Assembly: GCF_006345805.1 (NCBI RefSeq)
Contig: NC_043007.1
Coordinates: 4,650,001 to 4,714,000 of the forward strand
Source: Octopus sinensis
Lineage: Eukaryota
DNA: 64,000 bases
Reading direction: 5' to 3'
Positions 10,991-23,082 of the stretch are shown piece after piece. Each line of letters opens with the position of its first letter. Position 1 is the first letter of the stretch. Under the pieces are notes generated by a model. The model was not told the DNA's origin. It ran no database searches and saw nothing but the letters and a program-made list of their open reading frames with translations. Position numbers and translations under genes: made by a program.

Positions 10991-12371
10991 TTTGGAAATG
11001 CAAACATTACAACAATGATGATGCCTGTATTCTTTCTAATCTTATTGGATTCCATTCTAAAAGACTGATTTCTAGAGTTACACAATGTCTGTAAATGACA
11101 TCTTTCTGAGCTGAACTGAACATTATCAACGTATAATTCTCGAATCATCTGATCTTTATAACTACATAATTATAATTTCCTTTTAAGTTTAACTTACCAA
11201 ATTGCTCTGATGAGATTCTACAGATTGAAATGTGTTCACAATTAGAAGATTGAATAAACACAAAATTGATTATGTCATTGTTTGTTTTGTTTTGTTGTTT
11301 TTTGTATTTTCTCTATTTTTTAAAAAATATTTTTGTTTTTGATATTTCTAAAAGAAAATAAATAATCAGAAGAACAAAATTACATTCTTTCTCTAAAAGA
11401 AGTGAGCAATAAACTCAGGTGTGTGTGTGTGTGTGTGTGTGTAAGTAGAGAGAAATGCGTTTCAGAAAATTAGAATATTATACAAAAATTAGATATTTGC
11501 TGTCAGTTAATTCACATCAAACTTTCAACTGTTTAACACTCACGAAATCTAAACTGATCCATCACCAGCATTTTTGCCAATATTAGCTCTCGTCTAATGT
11601 TGCCACACAAGGACCATTAAAAATCTAATACCTCAAAACATTAAAATATGATATCTGACCACCCAAACCATTTCATTACAACAGAGATCTCCCTCTCTGT
11701 TCATGCACAAAACTTGCAGATGTCAGCACTCAGGGACCTCCATGCCAAAGTCTTGGTACTTTAGGGAGAGATACAACTGTTCTATCTCACTGCTTTCTAC
11801 CATTTGCAAGTTTTGTAGCAACAGTTCTCTGCTTAGATTGGAATTACCTGGCTTGATCCCCCAGTTTAGAACCACAGCCTAATTATATTTTTATAAAAGT
11901 CCACGATCAGCTCTGTGAACTTAATTATATTACCATAAATGACATGGACATCTGCATAAATATTTCTTGACCAATCAATATTGGTTAGCATGTCACTAGT
12001 AAAGGCAGCGGGCTTTAAAGAAAAGTTGTGTAAAATCCCACTAAATTGTATTCCTGAAGTTTCTAGAAGCTTTGCTTGGAGTTATAAAAAGCTGGAGTAT
12101 TGAACCCTTAAAAATGGTCACCCAAGATCCAACACAGAACTTATTCATTTTGTTCCAAAAAATATGCACACACTCTTCTTCCTGCTTGTTTTTGCATGGC
12201 ATACTTTGTATAACAAGTCTGGAAAAGAGTAATCAAACTGGAGATGTATGTATGAAATACTTTCTTAAATACTTTCCTATGTACATACAAACAGACAGAC
12301 AGACATATAATTACCTCATACTTTATTCAGCTTGTAATAACTATGTATGTATATCACATTAGAATCATCAT

Positions 12372-12570
12372 CATTTAACATCTGCTTTCCATGCTGGCAC
12401 GGGTTGGATGGTTTCACTGGGGACTGGCAAGCCAAGAAGCTGCACCAGGTTCCGACCTGATCTGGTAAGGTTTCTACAGCTGGATGCCCTTCCTAATGCC
12501 AACCACTGCGAGAGTGTAGTGGGTGCTCTTTACATGCCACCAGCACAGGAGCCAGTCAGGCAGCACTGGC
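12372..12570 (-). mobile_element. RTE 3' end fragment
   Basis: Reverse complement of the 8850-9033 sequence with a (CAT)n tail. Confidence 0.75.
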
Positions 12571-13781
12571 TATTATTTCAATCGGAAGAAATTTTATAAA
12601 ACTGAACCTGAGACTTTTAAAGCCCTGGGTCAACCAATGGCTCACGTGTGAATCTGATGGATCACAGAAACTGTGTAACTTTGTGTTTGGTTTTGTTCCT
12701 CCCTTCTAACACTTGACAACCAGTGTTGGTTTAGTTATATCCCTGTAACTTAGCACTTTGGCAAAAGAGACTGACAGAATGTGTACCAAGCTTTAAAATA
12801 ATGACTGGAGTTAATTTGTTCGACTGAACACAGCATGATCGCAGTGTAATAACTGAAACACACAAAAGATTAGAGAGAGAGAGAGAAGGAGAGAGAGAGA
12901 GAAGGAGAGAGAGAGAGAAGGAGAGAGAGATTCAAACACACGCACACACGCTGCAAATTAAAACAGAAGTAAACTTGGAAACCAAAAGCATCGAAGAACT
13001 GGATGGCCAGCCGCAACTGAACTTCAATGTTTAACAAGCAGGTCACTAGAAAAACCAATAGAGTTTTTCTAAAGTTCAACCTAAGATTCAATGAGTCCAT
13101 TGTGTTTTGTATTCAAAGAAAAGAGCTTCATTAGAGACCAGCTCTGTTCTTTGTTGTTGAGAATGTGAAAAGAACTGGAGAAAGAAGGAATTTACTGCAT
13201 CGAAGGTACTCGGTACACACAATGCAAATATTAAACTTTGCAGCAGAATGTCAGTTGTACTGAGAAGTTACGTCAAATGAACCTGTAGAGCGCTGACAGC
13301 AGATATATGTGCTGGAGTGAGAAAATGGAAGATTAAGGCATTGTTGTTGCTATTTGATAATAGTTGTAGAGATTAATTAGGCCAGAGGTAGATAGGCTGA
13401 TATGGTTGGTGAAATATTCTGAAATATAAAGCAGTACACAGCCCTGGGTTTCTGTTTTTGTGGGGTTGCTCTTGATTAATTTTCTTATTTTAACCCTTTT
13501 CTAACATATTCGGAATAAAAAGAAAGAAACTGAAAGAAGCCCACAGTATACACACACACACACACAGAGGCACAGACAAACAAAAAGAACGCAGCTAGAA
13601 TAACGGACTGAGTCAACAACTATTGAAAAGATTGCAGGACACAAGGAAAGTTTGTCTGCCTCCCTACTTATTAAGACTGGTTTTAGCTAGGTTGACTCTA
13701 AGGCCCTACGATTCTAATCCTTGCTTCCACACTTGAAACTTCTCTAGTTCTGATAGTGACTCAGCAATTAGAGCAAGGTCA

Positions 13782-14090
13782 TCAGCATAGAGGAGCTCCC
13801 AGGGGCATCCTGTTTTGAATTCCTGTTATTGCCTGAAGGACTATGATAAATAGGAGGAGGCTGAAGACTGAACCTTGGTGGATCCCTACTTCTACGTGGA
13901 ATTCTTCACTATACTTGCTGCCAACCCTCACCTTACTGACAGCATCCCTGTACAAGGCTTGCACAGCTCTCACTAACCATTCATCTATCCCTAGTTTCCA
14001 CATTGACCACCAGATAAGGGATTGGGAGACCCTGTCAAAGGCTTTCTCCATGTCAACAAAAGCCAGGTACAGAGGTTTATCTTTGGTTAG
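13782..14090 (-). mobile_element. RTE-clade reverse transcriptase fragment
   Basis: ORF 13782-14051: EKAFDRV..LIWWSMWKLGIDEWLVRAVQALY..EEFHVEVGIHQGSVFSLLLFIIVLQAI, i.e. the KAFD and QGS-LSP RT motifs. Confidence 0.8.
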
Positions 14091-14150
14091 GCATTAAAAA
14101 GGTGGTATCAAAAAGTCCCCAGACTTGTTATGTTTAATAAAAAATAACTT

Positions 14151-14379
14151 CACGGGCATATGGCGTAGTGGTTAAGATCCCGAGTTTGATTCCAGGCAGT
14201 GACCTGAATAATAATAATAATAATAATAACATCAAAAAATACCTTAGGAATGAGAACCCAGGTTTGAAATTTCCCCAAGACACCTGATGAAGGCTTGAGA
14301 GTATATCAGCCGAAACGTTGTGTTAACAACAAACAAGATGAGGACAAATATCCGTCAACTGTAAATGATGTAAATAATG
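14151..14379 (+). mobile_element. tRNA-headed hammerhead-bearing SINE monomer (family A) with 13-bp TSD
   Basis: TAAAAAATAACTT at 14138-14150 and 14380-14392; A-box TGGCGTAGTGG, B-box GAGTTTGATTC (anticodon arm deleted), (AAT)n, HHR. Confidence 0.85.
14279..14324 (+). ncRNA. Minimal type I hammerhead ribozyme motif, core intact (family A)
   Basis: Stem I GACAC/GTGTT; CTGATGA 14284-14290; stem II GGCT/AGCC; GAAA 14312-14315; palindromic AACGTT stem III; predicted GUU cleavage after 14319. Confidence 0.8.
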
Positions 14380-15236
14380 TAAAAAATAACTTATTTACCA
14401 AAGTTTTACCATCACCTTGTTTGAAATAGTCACCTTGTGCAGCAATACACTGGTTCCAGCATTCCTGTCACTTTTGGAATCCATCTTCGAAGTTGTTTTC
14501 TGTAAACGAGCCGAGGACCTTCTGCGATTTGCTCTGTGTTAAAACCTTTGAGCTGCTTTTTCATCTTAGAGAAGAGATGGAAATCCAGGGGTGGTAAACC
14601 TGGCAAATAGGGTGGGTGCGGAAGTGGTAGCATGTTGCTTTTGGCAAGGAACTCACAAGTGAGAAAAGCTTGGTGACCGGGTGCCTTGCCATTATGAAGA
14701 GTCCAGTTCTTCACATTGCACAGATCTGGTTGCTTTCACTCAATGTCCTCCTTCAAACACTTCAAAACATCACAACTCTCAATTCAATGTCTGGAAGATG
14801 GATACTCAATGCACAATACTCTGCAGATGTCAAAAAAACAATGGGCCTGCTCTTGATTCAACTGCATCTCTGTCGTGCACTTGTGCCACACAAAACATTG
14901 CATACAAAACATTACCTCATTGCCATAAGCTTGCCAAAGCATGCTCAATGTCTCTGTAGCAGACTTCCCAAGTTTAATGCAAAATTTCATGTTGGTTCTT
15001 TGTTCCAATTTTCTGTCCATGACAAAAATCACAGACTACAGCCTCCATGTGATCACAAAAACTCAAATTTCACAACTTGTGAAATAAACACAACGATGTC
15101 ACTCAGCATGCTGCCACATGAGGGTCGCTGCTAGCTTTCATTGTGTGTGCAACCATATGCTGCCATCTGTTGGTGTGCTATAGAACTAGTCAGGGAACTT
15201 TGGAATACCACCTTGTATATAAACATGTATATATCT

Positions 15237-15469
15237 GTTTCTTTATTGCCCACAAGGGGCTAAACATAGAGGGGACAAACAAGGACAGACAAACGGATTA
15301 AATCGATTACATCGACCCCAGTGCATAACTGGTACTTAATTTATCGACCCCGAAAGGATGAAAGGCAAAGTCGACCTCGGCGGAATTTGAACTCAGAACA
15401 CAACGACAGACGCAATACCGCTAAGCATTTCGCCTGGTGTGCTAACGTTTCTGCCAGCTCGCTGCCTTA
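15237..15469 (-). mobile_element. Deu/Nin-type tRNA SINE (S1)
   Basis: Colinear with 105-338. Confidence 0.8.
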
Positions 15470-15836
15470 TGTATATATCTGTGTGTGTGAATCCTTGTCT
15501 TGGCATAGGCTGATAGTTGTGAAATGTGTGTGTGTGTGTGTGTGTGTCATGTAAGCAAAATTTTATTCCCACAGTTTCTCTCCAACGTTTTGCCGTTGAA
15601 TGAGTAGAATGGTGTGAGCGACCAAGTTGTAGAGTGCCAAAAATTTTGTCAACTCAAGAAATAGAGAAAAAGTGAACTCAACAGTTTTTGTGAGTGTTTA
15701 AAGAATTAAAATGGTTCTTTCATACTGATAATTATTCTGGTTTCAATACAGGTTGTAAGATCAGGTCATACGCTCGACAAATACAATTCTGATATTTCAC
15801 TAATACAGTGACTGCAATGAGACTAGATTTTAGCTT

Positions 15837-15976
15837 TATTTACATTTGACAGATATTTGTCCTCACCTTGTTTGTTGTTAACACGTTTCGGCTGATATAC
15901 CCCACAGCCTTCATCAGGTGTCTTAAGGAAACTTCGAACCTGGGTTCTCATGCCTAAGGTATTTTTCGATATTATA

Positions 15977-16030
<54 letters not shown>

Positions 16031-16760
16031 GTACTATAGATGGATGAGAAGTGCCACTCCCAAACTGTTGAAGGAATCTGGGGTAGAGGTAGACCCAGGG
16101 AGGCATGGGATGAGGTGGTCAAGTATGACCTTCGAATGTTGGGCCTCACAGAGGCTATAATGAAAGACCGAGACCTCTGGAGATATGCTGTGTCTGTGAA
16201 GACCCAACAAATGAAGTGAGTTCATGGCTCGCAGGATGGCCTGCTGTGCTAACCTTGGATCGTAGAGTGACCCTCTGTTCTTGAGGAGACTTATTGAGTC
16301 AAGTACATCGACATCAAAATAAAAATCAAATGGAAATTGTAGTTGTGCTACCCATGCCGGTGGCACATAAAAAGCACCATCTGAACATGGCCGATGTCAC
16401 CGCTGCCTGACTGGCGTCCGTGTTGGTGACACATAAAAAGCACCAACCGATCATAGCCATTTGCCAGTCTGCGCTGGCTCCTGTGCCGGTGGCACATAAA
16501 AAGCACCCACTACACTCACAGAGTGGTTGGCATTAGGAAGGGCATCCACCTGTAGAAACACTGCCAGATCAGACTGGAGCCTGGCGCAGCCTTCTGGCTT
16601 CCCAGACCCTGGTCGAACTGTCCAACCCATGCTAGCATGGAAAACGGACGTTAAACGATGAGGCTGATGTCACTGCCTGGAATCGAACTCGGAATTTTGG
16701 GGTGAGTAGCCCACGCTCTTAACCACTACACCATATGCCTCATCTCTTAAATATAGAACT
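15837..16760 (-). mobile_element. Family A hammerhead SINE split by an RTE insertion, with a short inverted tail piece
   Basis: 3' half with HHR (15880-15922, 3-nt deletion at the cleavage site) at 15837-16031; tRNA head at 16669-16739; plus-strand tail CCTCATCTCTTAAATATAGAACT at 16738-16760. Confidence 0.75.
16032..16668 (+). mobile_element. 5'-truncated RTE LINE (ORF C-terminus plus 3'UTR)
   Basis: MDEKCHSQTVEGIWGRGRPREAWDEVVKYDLRMLGLTEAIMKDRDLWRYAV* (G-x-R-GRP-R-x-W and DR-x-W motifs), followed by the UTR tandem units. Confidence 0.8.
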
Positions 16761-18362
16761 TTAGATTGCTGCTCTTGTTTAGCCTCAGGCCAACCCTGAC
16801 CAAGAGTTGAAGGCTCCCTTTGCTTAGAGTGTACAACCTATGCCGAGATATTCCTCAAGTCAGGACATGGTGACACAAAACTAAAAACTGTAATGTAATA
16901 TGTTCTTCCTATTCCTCAGTCATCATGTTTCATAAGCCACAGGGTAAATAAAAAGGAATTTAAAGGACCTAAGATCAGTTCTGGATTCACAGATTTAAGG
17001 AGTTAAGAGACAAATCTGTTTAGTTTATCACATACATACAACACTCTGAGATGATTGAATAGCTCTTCTTGATAACCAAGGAAACCAAAGCAGTGAACAT
17101 AAAGCTAAAATACTGAATCTACAGAAACAAGTAGTTGTCTGCACCCTAAACCTTTGATCTCCTCTTACCGCTTCCCACATTCCTTTGCAGCAATCACTGT
17201 ATGATTCACTTGCTTGCAACCAAAGTGGGGACACCATTTTGTCATTATCTTTCTTCTTCACTCTCAGATGAAGCTCAAGTGTCAGAAATGGTAAAATTCT
17301 TCATTGTTCTTAGAACTTTTCCATAATAAAACAAATAAAGCAACAGGTGTGTCTGCAGGGGATTCAGATTGGAGGCCCTTACCACTGCTAACCCACTCAA
17401 CAAGATCCCTTCCATTGTAATGGTGCATCTTTCACTCTAAAAACATGACAAGCATTTCTCACTTATAAAATTATAAGATTTTTACATAACAGAAAGAAGG
17501 AAAGACAGCACCAGTGACATTTTCCAAGTTCTCCGAGGTTTGTAGGAAGAAGAGCAAAGGTCAACCTCAGACAGGTCAGCCTAAATGGTTGGACTGTAAT
17601 GGACTCAACTATAAAAACACAAAAGGACCAATTGGTGGTGTTAAACTTTACAATAAAAGAAGATGACCACACGACAAAAGAATTGGTCCTTCCTACATAT
17701 TTTCCATGAACCAAATATTATTGACAAGGCTCAGATCAATCCAAGGGGACACAGTAAAAGAAGCCTAGCCAAGGTGCCAATCAGTGGGGTCCAGCTGAAA
17801 ACCATGCAGGAGGAATTTCTTAACGATGCTAAAATCTAAATCTTCAGCTTCAGATAATTATTTTTCAAGTCGTTAACAGATAGGAAGAAGGACACAAATT
17901 GAGGCTGCAATATATAAAAATTAATAAGATTATGTGCTAACGATCAGCATTGACCTAATGAAAACTTGTGACCTGCTTTTGTAGCATATTGAAATTTCCA
18001 GGGTTACGCTGACCTCCTGAAACTAATGACCCTCTGCAGCTGCAAATTAAAACTGTTCTAGGATCTTATATGTTTGTGTGTGTACATAGATACAGATGTA
18101 TGTATGTAAGTTTGTATGAGTGTATGTGTGTGTGAATGTTATATATTCATTAAGAAAGTCCTCTGCCAGCAGCTAAAGAAATCATTCCAGAAATTTGTAT
18201 TTTTGAATCAATCAGATCAATTTTTTTGGTCAGGAATTCTTTAGCATTTACCGACAAACGGTCTCCTCGTGTATGTCTATGTGTATGACAAGCAGCATAT
18301 TGCTAGAACTGTTCTGTATGTATATACGTGTGTGTGTGTGTGTGTGTGCATATATATATATA

Positions 18363-18790
18363 TATATAATATTAATTAGAGACAAAACCACTATTTTGTA
18401 AAACAAACAAGGAAAGACTTAATCAATACATAAAATTTTAATAAAAAGTAAAAAAACCGCCACTACAATTGTTTCATGTCCTCAATGACAATCTTCAGGT
18501 GGATTTCCGATTTTCAAATCAGTTTCAATTTATGAATATATAAATTGAAACTGATTTGAAAATCGGAAATCCACCTGAAGATTGTCATTGAGGACATGAA
18601 ACAATTGTAGTGGCGGTTTTTTTACTTTTTATTAAAATTTTATGTATTGATTAAGTCTTTCCTTGTTTGTTTTACAAAATAGTGGTTTTGTCTCTAATTA
18701 ATATTATATAATATTTTACTATAAAATTGGATTTAATCCTAAATCTGATTTTTTCCCTGTAAATTTGGATTTATTCCCTAATATTTATTA
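18363..18790. mobile_element. Perfect 171-bp-arm palindrome with two hammerhead motifs plus an ~80-bp unpaired tail (family C)
   Basis: Arms 18363-18533 and 18540-18710 read as exact reverse complements with a 6-nt loop; tail 18711-18790; flanked by (TA)n. Confidence 0.85.
18571..18613 (+). ncRNA. Type I hammerhead motif (family C); mirror copy at 18460-18502 on the minus strand
   Basis: CCAC-CTGAAGA-t-TGTC-attgag-GACA-t-GAAA-CAATTG-TA-GTGG; GUA site after 18609; stem II closes with a non-canonical U-U. Confidence 0.75.
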
Positions 18791-18798
18791 TATATATA

Positions 18799-18985
18799 TA
18801 TCGTTTTTGTTTGTCTTAATAACTGATGAGATGCCGGAGCAGACTTCAGCCCCAGCATCCGAAACTCTGAGCTTTATTATGGCAACCAAATAAATGTCAC
18901 ATATTATATTTATAGATAAATTCCTCTATTTACATAATTCATTCTTTCATTGTCATATTATGGAAAAGAACAGAAATATGTTATG
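18799..18985 (+). mobile_element. Hammerhead-like repeat (family E), copy 1
   Basis: AATAA-CTGATGA-GATGC..GCATC-C-GAAA-CTCTGAG-CT-TTATT at 18818-18878; about 185 bp nearly identical to the reverse complement of 22895-23082. Confidence 0.65.
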
Positions 18986-20643
18986 TCCACAATGGATTAC
19001 CATATTGCTGGACATTCTACAAGCCATAAGAATCATTAATGTTTATGGCGACAAAAGAGACAACCCATAAAATACCTTTGCTATTTTCCAGAAAGTTCTC
19101 TTCTTGATCAACTCTCTTCACCTTCCAAACCTCATATAGCTTAATTATGTCATCATGTCTAGAATTCTAAAGTTAAATTTGATTGTGGAACCTTTAGAAC
19201 TTCTACAGTTCCTACAAAAGCTCTTACTCCCTGCGACACAACAGATACCAAACTAATGTCTGTTACTCTCAGCATATTCTCTCTTCAGTCAGAACCGAGG
19301 TGGTCAATTGTCCAGTTGTGGCTCAAAAACTTCACAAAATAAACCTAAACTGTGCAATTACTATTGATTATATTTAATGCCACGTCTGATAGAACTCTGG
19401 TAATTTTTGGCATCACTAGCCTTTCGTAGTTTCTTTCTCTCATTAACCACATCCAAATCTGCCTACATACATTTTATTAGCAACAGAAACATCAGTTTCA
19501 ATCTGTTGCTAAAATTTCATTTTATTGGCTAAATTTATTTCTCAGGAATTTGCAATAAGAGATAAACTGATCCAACAAAGTCTACTTGACACTTTGTGTT
19601 GGCTAAAAACTGACCAATCAGCAACCTGTGTTGGTGAACCCACCAATGGCCATAGAAGAGCAGGTTTGGCTAGATTCAGGCCGAGAGGGATGCTAGCAAC
19701 ATTTGCTTGTGGTTGTTCTCACAACCTGTATCTGTCGTGACATGCATATAAACACACTCTCCCTCTCTCTTTTTTCTCACTCTTTCTCTCCCTTTCACTC
19801 TCTCACTGTCACAGCTGATCAGCTTAGAATCCATTACTGCAAGCTCATCTCTCACTTAATCTTCGTAAAGCAAAACACAGGCGCATTCTTAGTTACAGAC
19901 TAAATCACAATGGCATTTCACAATTTGGGAACAATTTCTTTTTTTCTCGTTAACAAGAGAACTTTCGATTGTGCTCTCTTAACACAACTGTTTACAACTC
20001 TATTTGGATGCGACTCTGTTTAAAAGAACCTTCATTGTAGTCTGTTAGTTCCTTGCTTACATGTGATATCTCTTGACTGCTATTTCTAGCATATGGAAAT
20101 ACCTCTGGAAACTTAGGATTCCATTCTGTTAACACAGCTGCAAACACATAATTGGAAAAGAGGAAAGAGAATTCTCAACTCTGTTTCTTCACAAATTATG
20201 GCAAAACGTTTCTTTCATTATTTTGTGTAAACAAACAAATGGATCATCTTGTTGCATTCTATTGCTTTTTAACAACACATCAAATAAAATTATGGCTTTA
20301 CACAACTGACATCTTCTCAGGCCCCACTTCTTTGCCAACAGCACATCAACTTATCATCATCATCATCGTCGTCTTCATCATAGTTTTTAAGCCCAACTTT
20401 CTATGCTTGCATGGGTCAGGAAGGATGGTGTGACTCATTAAGGCAGATTTTCTCTGACTGGATGCCCTTCGTGTCACAGATCCTTACCTGTTCCCATGCA
20501 AGGTAATATTTCAGATGTGTTTTCATGGAATGGTGAAAATGATCACCACTGCTTGTTTGATGGTGACAACTGTTTTTACAATTATCATAAGATGTTGAAA
20601 CAAGGAAACCCAAACACATCCATGCACACACATGCTTACATAC

Positions 20644-20760
<117 letters not shown>

Positions 20761-20891
20761 GTGTGTGGGTGTATGAAGGCATGTGGCTCAGTGGTTAGGG
20801 TGATGTACTCATGATCTAGCAGTCATGGGTTCATTTCCAAGACTGAGCAGCACATTGTGTTCTTGAGCAAAACACTTCATTTTGAGAATCT

Positions 20892-20921
<30 letters not shown>

Positions 20922-20925
<4 letters not shown>

Positions 20926-21415
20926 ATAAATATTAGGGAATAAATCCAAACTTACAGGGAAAAATCAGATTTAGGATTGAATCCAATTTTATAGTAAAAT
21001 ATTATATTATATTAAATTAGAGATAAAACCACTATTAGGCAAATCATACAATGAAAAACTTAAGCCAATACATAAGATTATTTAATTTATATTATTTAAA
21101 TATATAACAAAATTATTAAAAAATTTAATTAATATAACACTATGATCGTTTCATGGCTGTTAATTTCTTAAAATTTTCGAGTTACAGTCATTCATCAGGT
21201 GGTTTAAATATTTAACTTGGTGAGGTTTAATCAATGAATGACTGTAACTCGAAAATTTTAAGAAATTAACAGCCATGAAACGATCGTAGTGTTATATTAA
21301 TTATATTTTTTAATAATTTTGTTATATATTTAAATAATATAAATTAAATAATCTTATGCATTGGCTTAAGTTTTTCATTGTATGATTTGCCTAATAGTGG
21401 TTTTATCTCTAATTA

Positions 21416-21420
<5 letters not shown>
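20922..21420. mobile_element. Inverted-duplication element related to family C, with a long-stem-II hammerhead (family D)
   Basis: Tail 20922-21003 matches the family C tail; arms about 21010-21194 and 21234-21420; HHR on minus strand 21137-21202; truncated plus copy 21234-21292; flanked by (TA)n. Confidence 0.75.
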
Positions 21421-21467
<47 letters not shown>

Positions 21468-21685
21468 CGATAATTTTAACAATTTCTTCTTTCATTCAAG
21501 AGCAAATGTGTTTGAAAAGATTAATCAAAAGTGCTCACGCACACAAGAAAAAAACTTCTTCCAAAAAGATTAGCGACATTCTGATAAAAGATTTTATAAC
21601 TTTTTTAAAAAATAATTTTTTAAAAAACCCCTTTATACTTAAAAACTGTATTAAGAAATTTTCACGACTTTCAAATGTATTTATA

Positions 21686-21924
21686 CAGGGTTGGCCAAAA
21701 GTCACATGACAGTAAATCAAAACCCATTTAATTCCAAGATTAAAACAAAAAATTATTTTATGAGACTTTGCTAGTAAACAGACAAATGTTGAAAACAAAA
21801 AATGGTAATTTTCACTCACGACATTCAATTATTAAACATTTATAATTGAAATGAATAAATGAAAGTGAACATTAAGTATTTATAGAATTTTGATTTACTG
21901 TCGGGTGACTTTTGGCCATCCCTG
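21686..21924. mobile_element. Tc1/mariner-type MITE
   Basis: TIRs CAGGGTTGGCCAAAAGTCAC..ACAGTAAATCAAAA and TTTTGATTTACTGT..GTGACTTTTGGCCATCCCTG; TA on the left, right flank imperfect. Confidence 0.75.
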
Positions 21925-21927
21925 AAT

Positions 21928-21961
<34 letters not shown>

Positions 21962-22316
21962 ACATGTTTCTACCTCATTACCTTGAGATCACATGATAAT
22001 TGTAATTAGGTGTCACCATCATGCAAGCAGCATCCTTTATTTCCAGTATTTAGTGAAAATATGTCTGGTCATGGGAACACTATCACCTTATTTGGAAAAT
22101 GGTGAAGGTTAGCAACAGGAAGAGCATCCAGCTGTAGTGTAGAAAAGCTGCCATAAATTCCATAGAAGATAGTGATGATGATGGTGATTAAAATATTAAT
22201 CCGTTGTGTTTATTTTTCACTCTAAACAATTACAATATTAGACATTTTAATTTTCAAGTTCACATTGATTATTATTTATAAAAGTAATATAATGCAATTA
22301 ATTGCAAAATCATGGT

Positions 22317-22542
22317 GGTGCATGGCTTAGTGGTTAGGGTGTCAGCATCAAGATCGTAAGATTGTGGTTTCGTTGTGTTCTTGAGCAAAACACTTCATTT
22401 CACATTGCTCCAGTCTACTCAGCTGGCAAAAATGAGTAACGCTGCGATGGACTGGTGTCCCGTCCAGCTGGGGAACACATACGCCATTGAAACCCGGGAA
22501 ACTGGGCCCATGAGCCTGGCTAGGCTTTAAAAGGGCACATTT
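22317..22542 (+). mobile_element. tRNA-derived SINE with CORE-like segment and a downstream GCGATGGACTGG..CCCGTCCAG domain
   Basis: A-box TGGCTTAGTGG; TTGTGTTCTTGAGCAAAACACTT (CORE-like); downstream domain resembles widely shared metazoan SINE cores (superfamily not assigned); partial copy at 20778-20885. Confidence 0.55.
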
Positions 22543-22894
22543 ATTTTATTTTTAATTGCAAAATGATAATTGCAACTCGTTAAAAGCAGAATTTCCATAT
22601 TTAAAAGGTCAAAGTGCTTAGTAATTCTAATTGGTCTACAATGGTACACGTTTCAGATTCTCCACATCAGGTCTGGCTTTTTAAAGGATTTGATATAAAT
22701 AATAGTAGGGATGGGCATGGTTGGGTGTTTAAGAAGTTCATTTCCAAACAATGAGGTGTCAGGTTCAGTCCCACCCCATGGCACTTGAGGAAAGTGTCTT
22801 CAACCCAAGCCCCAGGTGGACCACAGTCCTGTGAATGAATTTCATAGAAGCTGAAAGAAACCTCTTATGAATGTGTGTGTGTGTATACACACAC

Positions 22895-23082
22895 ACATAA
22901 CATATTTCTGTTCTTTTCCATAATATGACAATGACAGAAGGAATTATGTAAATAGAGGAATTTATCAATAAATATGATATGTGACAATTATTTGGTTGCC
23001 ATAATAAAGCTCAGAGTTTCGGATGCTGGGGCTGAAGTCTGCTCCGGCATCTCATCAGTTATTAAGACAAACAAAAACGATA
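22895..23082 (-). mobile_element. Hammerhead-like repeat (family E), copy 2
   Basis: Reverse complement of 18799-18985; HHR-like motif at 23003-23063. Confidence 0.65.

Larger units (their letters stand above)
14097..15215 (-). mobile_element. Internally deleted mariner transposon with TIRs
   Basis: TIRs (C)AAGGTGGTAT..AAAGT.CC.GACT at both ends with TA flanks; N-terminus MDRKLEQRTNMKFCIKLGKSATET and C-terminus LPHPPYLPGLPPLDFHLFSKMKKQLKG; interrupted by family A SINE. Confidence 0.8.

Noticed and set aside
11197-11235. CTGATGA motif and a possible 20-nt minus-strand microexon
   Set aside because: No stem II or stem I pairing for an HHR; splice signals alone are insufficient evidence for an exon.
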